Source of the DNA: an uncultured Thermodesulfobacteriota bacterium
GTDB lineage: Bacteria > Desulfobacterota > GWC2-55-46 > JADFVP01
Assembly (NCBI GenBank): GCA_964605225.1
Contig: CAZSAY010000002.1
Coordinates: 1,748 to 65,747 of the forward strand
Length of the DNA stretch: 64,000 bases
Reading direction: 5' to 3'
Below the pieces are notes generated by a model. That model searched no databases, was not told the origin of the DNA, and saw only the letters and a list, made by a program, of their open reading frames with translations. Below, in pieces: positions 57,109 to 64,000 of the stretch; the first letter of the stretch is position 1, and each line of letters starts with the position of its first letter. The translations under genes and the position numbers were made by a program.

Positions 57109-57807
57109 TTACCCATTATGAGAGTGCCTGTGTTTGAAAAAAGCGTTCTCACTGCCGTAGAGTTTTTGAAGCTGACCGGGCGTAAGGACCTCTTGGGGTT
57201 TGCCAAGGCAGAGGGTTTCCTTATTTATACAGAGGACCTTGGCGGCGTGCGAGTATACGACGTTAAGGTCGTGGGAGACGAGTATGACCGTAAGGCCGAG
57301 GTTATCTCTCAGATGCGATATCATGTTGTATATGGATTCTTGTCCGGCTACGTCGATATCCGCCGTAGGTTCGTCGAAAAGAAGGATATCCGGTTCACCG
57401 AGGACGGCCCAGGCTACAAGAACTCTCTGGCGTTGCCCAACGGATATCTCTCCAAAGCCTTTGCCAAGTATGGCGGTATCGAGGTGAACGTATTCCAGGG
57501 ACTGCCTTATCTTCTCATCATTGGGAGCTTCACGGCGTAGCCTGAAAAATTCCAGTACGGTGAGGGGTATGTCCGTGTCTATATCAAGGCGCTGAGGCAC
57601 ATAGCCCTTTTTAATACCCGGGTTCCATTTGATGGTTCCCGTATAGGGCGTGAGGCCGAGCAGGGCCTCCAGCAATACGGTTTTTCCTGCTCCGTTGGGG
57701 CCGATAATGGCAAGGATGGAGTTCTTCTCAACGATAAAGTTCATGTTTCGAAGCACATAAACTCCGCCAAGCTCGACGCTCATATCTCTAACCTCAAGTA
57801 GACTCAT
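57109..57807 (-). CDS. Metal ABC transporter ATP-binding protein (ZnuC-like)
   Basis: Walker A GPNGAGKT, signature SVGQRQR, Walker B ILLFDEP. Confidence 0.9.
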   Translation of the reverse strand: MSLLEVRDMSVELGGVYVLRNMNFIVEKNSILAIIGPNGAGKTVLLEALLGLTPYTGTIKWNPGIKKGYVPQRLDIDTDIPLTVLEFFRLRREAPNDEKIRQSLEYVHLDTAILGKGFGEISVGQRQRVLVAWAVLGEPDILLFDEPTADIDVAGQESIYNMISHLRDNLGLTVILVSHDLNVVYSHAAKVLCINKETLCLGKPQEVLTPGQLQKLYGSENAFFKHRHSHNG

Positions 57808-57862
57808 AGCCTTACAATATCATATGTAGCAAAGCAAGGTGTCAAGATTTTATTTTTTATCC

Positions 57863-57878
57863 TGATTATCGATGATTA
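57863..57878. promoter_or_regulatory. Candidate Fur-family (Zur/Fur-like) box upstream of the metal ABC operon
   Basis: TGATTATCGATGATTA is a 12/16 self-complementary AT-rich sequence centred on ATCGAT. It is built of GATAAT/ATTATC-like hexamers and lies 56-71 nt upstream of the ATPase start. Confidence 0.3.
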
Positions 57879-57965
57879 AATATTTACATCCATAACGATT
57901 TTTTAGTGAATTATCAACGTATCAGACTCCGGCAAAGTGAGGTTGAACAGGTAGATTTTTAGTCC

Positions 57966-58011
57966 TTGACAAATAGCAGACCCGTAGTAATATAGTAAGT
58001 GCTTACTTACT
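57966..58011 (+). promoter_or_regulatory. Putative promoter (TTGACA-16-TAATAT) with overlapping inverted repeat, candidate TetR operator
   Basis: TTGACA at 57966-57971 and TAATAT at 57988-57993. The inverted repeat AGTAAGT (57994-58000) / ACTTACT (58005-58011) follows immediately downstream. Confidence 0.45.
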
Positions 58012-58037
58012 AAATAAGAGGTAAAGGAAGAGGAAAT

Positions 58038-58649
58038 ATGAAGCGAAAACGGCTAACCGCCAAGAAGAGAAAGAGCCAGATTGTCTCTATAGCAACGGCC
58101 CTTTTTGTAAAAAAGGGCTTTAAGGGCACCACTACAAGAGAGATAGCCCAAAAGGCCGGGATAAGCGAGGCCGTTATTTATAAGTATTTTACCCGGAAAG
58201 AAGACCTCTACAAGGCCATAATAGGCGTCGAATGCGATGACAATCTTGGCAGGTCGCGCCTCCTGGGTGCCCTTGAGGGTAAGGAGGGCCGGGAATTGTT
58301 TCATGAGCTGGCCCGTTTTCTCATTACGGAGAATACGGCGGATCAGACCCTTATGCGGCTACTCATGAGGAGCGCTCTTGAGCAACAGGAGCTATCTGAG
58401 GTATTTATCAGGATAAAGGGACTGGACCTTATAGAGTTTCTTGAGTTGAATATACGTGCGCTTATAAACGAGGGTATCTTTAAAGAGATCGACGCGGGGC
58501 TCGCGGCCCGTGCCTTTCTCGGCATGGTCCTCCATTATGTCATGAGTCAGGAGATATACGGGCTGAAGAAGTATTTTAGTTTTTCTACCACCGAGGCGGT
58601 AGAGACTTTTGTGGATATTTTTTTTGATGGCATCAGCAGGAGGCGGTGA
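58038..58649 (+). CDS. TetR/AcrR family transcriptional regulator
   Basis: N-terminal HTH: FVKKGFKGTTTREIAQKAGISEAVIYKYF. Confidence 0.9.
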   Translation: MKRKRLTAKKRKSQIVSIATALFVKKGFKGTTTREIAQKAGISEAVIYKYFTRKEDLYKAIIGVECDDNLGRSRLLGALEGKEGRELFHELARFLITENTADQTLMRLLMRSALEQQELSEVFIRIKGLDLIEFLELNIRALINEGIFKEIDAGLAARAFLGMVLHYVMSQEIYGLKKYFSFSTTEAVETFVDIFFDGISRRR

Positions 58650-60025
58650 TGAGGGAGCGTGGTATTAAGGATATTGAGGTGCGTTGTGAGGGTATATTGA
58701 AAAGAGGGGCGTTTTTCATTAAAGGGGCTCTCCTTATTTCGCTGGCCCTGTTTTGCTTCACCAACGCCGCCCTCGCAGGAGAGGGTGAAGGCAAGGTTAA
58801 GGGCGGCGGCGAACTTATTACACTCAGCGAGGCCTACCGCCTCTCTGTCCTTGCTCATGAGGACGTGGTCATAGCCGGTGAAGGCGTATCACTTGCGAGG
58901 ACTGATATACGGAAGGCCGATTCGGAGTTTTTACCAAGTATTACCGCCGAGGGTAGTTTTGAAAAATTTACTACAAACAAGAGGGCAAGCGGTTTTCTCC
59001 TGCAACCCGATAACAGCAGACTATTAAACCTCGTAGTAAGCCAGCCTGTCTTCAAGGGCGGCGCCTCGTGGAACGGCAGGAGGTCCGCCGTGCTTTCACT
59101 TAAAAAATCCAGAGAGGGCGTAAAGGCCGCCGGCGAGACCATTATGAGAGATACGGCAAGGGCCTATTTTGGTGTTCTCAAGGCTCTAAGGGATGTAGAA
59201 ATAGAGGAATCTGCCCTTGATAGGTCAAAAAAGCGAAAAGAAGTGGCCGCCGCGCGCTACGAGGTAGGCGAGGTTACAAAGTCCGATCTTCTCCGCGCCG
59301 AATCAGAGGAGGCAGGTACTGAAGCCGACCTTATCAGCGCGAGAAGCGCCCTTAGAAACGCAAAAAATATCTTTCGCCGTTTTGTCCCCGTGGAGGGAGA
59401 GTTTCGCCTCCAGGACCCGCGGATAAAGTCAGACTCCGGATTTAATCAGGAGGAACTTATAAAAAGGGCCTACAAAAACCGCCTTGACCTTACACTCTCC
59501 TCACTCGATGAGGAGATAGCGTCCATGGGTGTAAAACAGGCCTGGGCGGGCTTTCTGCCTACCGTAAGGGTTGACGGCAATTACACGCGTAGAGACAGGA
59601 CCCCGTCTACGAGTTTTCTCCTGAAAGAAACAATCTCCGCCACGGCCGTTCTCACGTACCCTATCTTCGAGGGAGGACTCCGTGTGGCCGAGCTCAGTGA
59701 GGCCAGGACAAAACTCCGTATAGAGGGGCTAAAGCTACGGGGCCTTAAAAAAGACATCATAGTGCAGGTGCGTCAGGCCTTTAATGATGTAGAGGAGAAA
59801 GAGGCCGTTATAAAATCACTTAAGCGGCAGTTGAAGTTCGCCAATGAAAATTACAGGATGGTCTTTGAGCAGTTCAAGAGCGGAGTTGCCACAAACGTAG
59901 ATGTAACTGACGCGAACACAGAGCTCCTCACGGCGGACAGGTCTCTTATGAACGCCCTATTTGACCTGGAGCTTGCCTTGGTGGAGCTGAAGTACGCAAC
60001 GGGAACACTTCATAATGAACTTTAG
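58646..60025 (+). CDS. TolC-family outer membrane efflux protein
   Basis: Two OEP repeats. The start is uncertain: GTG 58646 / ATG 58649 overlap the tetR stop. In-frame GTG 58679 or TTG 58697 would give a cleaner signal peptide (MKRGAFFIKGALLISLALFCFTNAALA). Confidence 0.85.
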   Translation: MMRERGIKDIEVRCEGILKRGAFFIKGALLISLALFCFTNAALAGEGEGKVKGGGELITLSEAYRLSVLAHEDVVIAGEGVSLARTDIRKADSEFLPSITAEGSFEKFTTNKRASGFLLQPDNSRLLNLVVSQPVFKGGASWNGRRSAVLSLKKSREGVKAAGETIMRDTARAYFGVLKALRDVEIEESALDRSKKRKEVAAARYEVGEVTKSDLLRAESEEAGTEADLISARSALRNAKNIFRRFVPVEGEFRLQDPRIKSDSGFNQEELIKRAYKNRLDLTLSSLDEEIASMGVKQAWAGFLPTVRVDGNYTRRDRTPSTSFLLKETISATAVLTYPIFEGGLRVAELSEARTKLRIEGLKLRGLKKDIIVQVRQAFNDVEEKEAVIKSLKRQLKFANENYRMVFEQFKSGVATNVDVTDANTELLTADRSLMNALFDLELALVELKYATGTLHNEL

Positions 60026-60062
60026 TTTTTTTAGTTTAATATTTGGATGAAGAGGTCTTTTC

Positions 60063-61163
60063 ATGTTCAAAATTCTAAGAAAATCTGTTCCAATACTTAT
60101 TATAACCTTGTTTTTCTTCGGCTCATCGGCCCTTTGCGCGGAAAAAAAACCCGGCCAAGGCAAGGGTCGGGGCGGGCCGCCTCCGGCAAAGGTTATAGTC
60201 TCAACGTTGACTCCCGGCCAGATATCTCCGCAATCGGATTTCACGGGGACCATATACTATAAAGAGGTCTCAAACCTCGCGGCAGAGACGAACGGCAAGG
60301 TACGGTCTGTTCTCATAGAAGATGGCATGAAGGTAAAAAAAGGGAAGGTCCTTGTCTCCATAAACCGGGCCATGCTATCCAAGGATATAGAGGCCAAAAA
60401 GGCGTCCCATGGCGAGGTTATCTCAGAGCTTAAAAAGGCGAAGAGCGATCTGGTTCGGGCCAAAAAGTTATTCGGGAAAAAACTCCTTGCCGAAAAGGAC
60501 TACGACCAGTACCGGTTCACGGTAGAGGGGCTAAAGAGCCGGTCACTTTCCCTTAAGGCCGAGATAGAGCGCCTCTCCATCGAGCTGTCCTACAAGTCCG
60601 TGCGCGCGCCCTTTGACGGCATTGTAATGAGAAAGATGGTTGAGCGCGGGGATTGGGTAAACCCCGGCACGGTAGTTGCCACTGTGGGCAATGACAGCGA
60701 GCTCTATCTTTTAGTAAACGTACCTCAAAAGGCCGTGGCTTTCATAAAAAAAGGCTCTTCCGTAAATATTCTATCAGGTGAAAAATCATACCCCGCCAGG
60801 GTGCATGCCATAGTTCCGCAGGGTGATATCAAGACACGAACCTTTCCCGTAAAGGTACGCTTAACGAGAAGATCAGAGGCCCTGTATCAGGGCATGGAAG
60901 GAAGAGTTCGCCTCCCCGTGGGTAAAAAAATAAAAACACTTCTTATTAACCGCGAGGCAGTTACTTCCATTATGGGCCGCACCGGTGTATACGCCGTTGT
61001 AGAAGGCAAGGCACAGATGATTCCCGTAAAGGTAAGGGGCTTCAAGGGCTCTCTTGCGGGGATTAAAGGCCCGGGGCTGAAGGCGGGGATGAAGATTGTC
61101 ATCAAGGGTAATGAACGGCTGAGGCCGGGGCAGCCTGTGATTGTAATAAATAAAGGGAATTAA
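60063..61163 (+). CDS. Efflux RND transporter periplasmic adaptor subunit (MFP/HlyD family)
   Basis: Signal/anchor sequence, a coiled-coil hairpin, and the biotinyl-lipoyl-like motif VRAPFDGIV. Confidence 0.9.
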   Translation: MFKILRKSVPILIITLFFFGSSALCAEKKPGQGKGRGGPPPAKVIVSTLTPGQISPQSDFTGTIYYKEVSNLAAETNGKVRSVLIEDGMKVKKGKVLVSINRAMLSKDIEAKKASHGEVISELKKAKSDLVRAKKLFGKKLLAEKDYDQYRFTVEGLKSRSLSLKAEIERLSIELSYKSVRAPFDGIVMRKMVERGDWVNPGTVVATVGNDSELYLLVNVPQKAVAFIKKGSSVNILSGEKSYPARVHAIVPQGDIKTRTFPVKVRLTRRSEALYQGMEGRVRLPVGKKIKTLLINREAVTSIMGRTGVYAVVEGKAQMIPVKVRGFKGSLAGIKGPGLKAGMKIVIKGNERLRPGQPVIVINKGN

Positions 61164-61170
61164 ACTGGCT

Positions 61171-64000
61171 GTGGATACCGTAAAATTCTCCATTAAAAAA
61201 CCTGTTACCGTAATAGTAGGCGTTATCTTCATAGCGCTATTCGGCTTTATAGGGCTTTTTTCCATGCCCTATCAGCTTAGCCCCAACGTCTCAATGCCCG
61301 AAATTGCCGTATCAACGGCATGGCCCGGGGCAACGCCTTTTGAGGTGGAGAGAGACATCATTGAGGAGCAGGAAAAGGTATTAAAAGGCATCGCCGGTCT
61401 GGAAAACATGGAGAGCACGTCTTTTGATAACCTCGGCACCATTACCATGCGTTTCACCATTAATACCGATGTAGACGACGCGCTTTTGCGTGTATCCAAT
61501 AAGCTCAATGAGGTGCGGAGTTACCCCGAGAACGTGGAACGCCCCGTTATAAACGCCACTGGCACGGAGACGGCCCCTGTAATATGGAATATCCTCAAGA
61601 CCCTTCCCGGTAATAAGGCTGACATCTACACATACAGAACCTTTTTTGAGAACGAGGTGCGCCAGCGCCTTGAGCGCGTCGAGGGAGTAGCCGACCTCAT
61701 GGTGGCGGGGGGGCGGGAAAAAGAGATGCACATCGTCGTGGACCCCTCGCGCCTTGCCTCTTACGGCATCACCATAAAAGAACTCTCGGCAAAGCTTACA
61801 GCAGACAACGTGAATATCTCCGCCGGTACCATGGGACTTGGCAGAAAGGATTTTCGCATACGCACCGTCGGGGAGGCAAGGACCCCTCTGGACCTTGGCA
61901 AGCTGGTAATAAGAGACACCGGTCAGGAACGCACCCTCTTAAGTGATATCGCAGATGTGCGCTACGGCTATGAAAAAGCGAGCGTAGCCATGTTTCAAAA
62001 CGGCGTAGAGGGCATCGCCGTTGGCATCAAACCGGCCCCTGACGCCAATATCCTTGAACTTACCGACAGGGTAGAGGTTGTTATAAAGGATCTGAACAAG
62101 GGGCTCCTAAAAGATAATGGCCTCTCTTTTACATGGGTCTATGACCAGCGCCCCTACATCAACGGCGCCATAGGGCTTGTGAGAGAAAACCTACTCATCG
62201 GCGGCGCGCTCGCCATCATAACGCTTCTCATATTCCTCGGAAGTTTTTCATCCACCCTTGTCGTTGCCTTTTCCATACCAATAAGCGTTATCGGTACTTT
62301 TCTCTGTATGAGCCTTCTCGGGAGAAACCTCAACGTAGTCAGCCTCGCGGGAATAAGCTTTGCCGTGGGTATGCTTGTCGATGACTCCATCGTTGTGCTT
62401 GAGAATATCGACAGGCACCTTCACATGGGAAAGACCGCCTTCAAGGCCGCCTACGACGGCACCATGGAGGTTTGGGTCGCCGTATTAGCCTCGACGGTGA
62501 CCACGGTGGCGGTTTTTCTTCCCGTTATATTCATGAAAGAGGAAGCGGGTCAGCTCTTTCGTGATATCGCCCTTGCCATTACCTTCAGTGAAATCATAAG
62601 CCTTGTAGTCTCCGTTACCGTCATACCCATGCTCTCAAATAAACTTTTGTCTTATTCCCTTAAAAAGAACAAGGGCATCGCCAAGGGCAAGGGCGGTATA
62701 TCGGCCTCCTTTGGCGGCTGGCTTGTAAATGCCTACATGGGTCTTGTGGGCTGGGTTATTAAGACGCCTCTTACCCGTATCGTTACAATATTTAGCCTCC
62801 TTATTCTGGCAGGCGGTTCTGTTTTTTTTCTCATGCCCAAGATGGAGTATCTGCCGCAGGGAAACCGGAATCTTCTTATGAATATTCTCATCCCGCCGCC
62901 GGGCATCTCCTATGCCGAAAAGAGGGATATATGGAAAAACAATATCTTCAAGACCATAGAGCCTCACCTTCATAAAGAGGCCGGGGGGCTACCCGCCATA
63001 AAGCATACCTTTTACGTTGGTTCCGGTCAGTTTACCCTCTTCGGGGCCATGTCTGAGGACCCTTCCAGGGTAAGAGAACTAATGCCTCTCTTTAAAAAGG
63101 CCATCTTCAACATACCCGGTTTTTTCGGTATCAGCACGCAGGCCAGTATTTTTCAGACCCGCCTCGGCCGGGGCCGGACTATTGATATAGATTTCAGCGG
63201 CCCTGATATAAACCGCCTTGTCATGGCGGCCGGGGCCATGTACGGGATTATTAAAAAAAATATACCTGCCGCACAGATTCGCCCCGTGCCGTCCCTTGAG
63301 ATACTATATCCCGAGGTTCGGATAAAACCCGAGAGGGCGCGGCTCCGCGCCGCGGGGATGAGTGTGCGGGATCTCGGGCTCATTACGGACGTGTTTATGG
63401 ACGGGAGGAAGATAGGCGACTTTAAACCAGAGGGCAGTAAGAAGATTGACCTTGTACTGAAGACCTCCAGAGATGTCATTCCAACTCCAGAGGAGCTTTA
63501 CAGCGCCCAGATAACGACGCCATCGGGCATGGTGGTGCCCCTCTCGTCATTATCAACCCTTGAGAGGACAAACGGTATAACACAGATACGTCACCTTGAG
63601 AGGCAGAGGACTATAACCCTGCAGGTAACTCCGCCAAGGTATATCCCCCTTGAGGTTCTCATGGATGTAGTGCAGACAAAACTCATACCCGGAGTGAAAA
63701 AGGCGGGGATGCTACAGGGCATAAACGTGCGTCTAAGTGGGGCCGCTGATAAGCTCACGGAGATGAGGAAGGCCCTGCAGTGGAATTTCCTCCTCGCCGC
63801 CCTCATTACCTATCTTCTCATGTCGGCGCTCTTTGGCAACTTCATCTATCCCATTATCGTCATGTTTACCGTGCCCCTTGCCGCGGCCGGCGGTTTTATA
63901 GGGCTAAGGCTCGTGAATATCTTCATAGCCCCATCGCCACTTGATATTCTCACCATGCTGGGCTTTATCATCCTCATCGGCGTAGTGGTTAATAACGCCA
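61171..64000 (+). CDS. RND efflux transporter permease (AcrB/HAE family), 3'-truncated by window edge; absent from the supplied ORF track
   Basis: Frame 1 is open from GTG 61171 to base 64000: VDTVKFSIKKPVTVIVGVIFIALFGFIGLFSMPYQLSPNVSMPEIAVSTAWPGATPFEVE... through ...GFIILIGVVVNNA, which are typical RND motifs. The minus-strand ORFs listed here are shadow ORFs. Confidence 0.9.
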   Translation, partial: MDTVKFSIKKPVTVIVGVIFIALFGFIGLFSMPYQLSPNVSMPEIAVSTAWPGATPFEVERDIIEEQEKVLKGIAGLENMESTSFDNLGTITMRFTINTDVDDALLRVSNKLNEVRSYPENVERPVINATGTETAPVIWNILKTLPGNKADIYTYRTFFENEVRQRLERVEGVADLMVAGGREKEMHIVVDPSRLASYGITIKELSAKLTADNVNISAGTMGLGRKDFRIRTVGEARTPLDLGKLVIRDTGQERTLLSDIADVRYGYEKASVAMFQNGVEGIAVGIKPAPDANILELTDRVEVVIKDLNKGLLKDNGLSFTWVYDQRPYINGAIGLVRENLLIGGALAIITLLIFLGSFSSTLVVAFSIPISVIGTFLCMSLLGRNLNVVSLAGISFAVGMLVDDSIVVLENIDRHLHMGKTAFKAAYDGTMEVWVAVLASTVTTVAVFLPVIFMKEEAGQLFRDIALAITFSEIISLVVSVTVIPMLSNKLLSYSLKKNKGIAKGKGGISASFGGWLVNAYMGLVGWVIKTPLTRIVTIFSLLILAGGSVFFLMPKMEYLPQGNRNLLMNILIPPPGISYAEKRDIWKNNIFKTIEPHLHKEAGGLPAIKHTFYVGSGQFTLFGAMSEDPSRVRELMPLFKKAIFNIPGFFGISTQASIFQTRLGRGRTIDIDFSGPDINRLVMAAGAMYGIIKKNIPAAQIRPVPSLEILYPEVRIKPERARLRAAGMSVRDLGLITDVFMDGRKIGDFKPEGSKKIDLVLKTSRDVIPTPEELYSAQITTPSGMVVPLSSLSTLERTNGITQIRHLERQRTITLQVTPPRYIPLEVLMDVVQTKLIPGVKKAGMLQGINVRLSGAADKLTEMRKALQWNFLLAALITYLLMSALFGNFIYPIIVMFTVPLAAAGGFIGLRLVNIFIAPSPLDILTMLGFIILIGVVVNNA

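Noticed and set aside
61272-63806. Several 60-130 aa minus-strand ORFs listed where no plus-strand ORF is given
   Set aside because: The plus strand, frame 1, is an uninterrupted RND-permease reading frame from 61171 to the window end. It is missing from the track only because it has no stop codon within the window, so the minus-strand ORFs are shadows.

Overview
This is a bacterial chromosomal window of about 60 tightly packed CDS, nearly all core housekeeping genes. Calls rest on reading the translated ORFs against family motifs I recognise; no searches were run.

Gene content, left to right:
- dinB (5'-truncated by the window edge).
- A small accessory islet: a membrane acyltransferase-3, a cytoplasmic EEP-family nuclease/phosphatase, a truncated MazE-like antitoxin remnant and REP-like palindromes.
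- queH, an archaeal-type SAM synthetase, a NUDIX hydrolase, purL and purF.
- An exported FGE/SUMF1-like protein plus a lipoprotein.
- The classic rpsB-tsf-pyrH-frr-uppS-cdsA-dxr-rseP cluster, then tsaB.
- A long branched-chain amino acid supra-operon: ilvD-ilvB-ilvN-ilvC-psd-pssA-leuA-leuC-(methyltransferase)-leuD-(PUR-like ORF)-leuB.
- A DUF1998/MrfA-like helicase, a large secreted 7-repeat SBBP beta-propeller protein, and a Zn-ribbon ORF plus a metallophosphoesterase.
- moaA, PBP1A, relA/spoT, ridA, rpmB, purN-purM and surE-pcm-(YqaA/TIGR00725/LysM-M23).
- apt, a PilZ protein following a metal ABC permease/ATPase pair, and a TetR-TolC-MFP-RND efflux locus.
- The RND gene runs off the 3' edge of the window and is missing from the supplied ORF track.

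From memory only, the order rpsB...rseP followed by ilv-psd-pssA-leu resembles Desulfuromonadales (Geobacter-type) genomes.

I found no rRNA, tRNA, CRISPR array, transposase, integrase or prophage genes, and no convincing multi-gene novel system such as a defence island.

The observations most worth a second look are non-coding or small:
1. A family of G-run / GTAGGG-headed short repeats fills several intercistronic spacers. This includes a 3x tandem 46-47 bp array between leuA and leuC.
2. A 73-aa PUR-like single-stranded nucleic-acid-binding ORF is embedded in the leu operon.
3. A roughly 250-nt purine-rich, G-tract-repeat 3' region with its own intrinsic terminator lies downstream of the pilZ gene.
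4. A perfect 22-bp nested palindrome sits where the N-terminal half of a mazE-like gene should be.

All functional interpretations of these four are inference.
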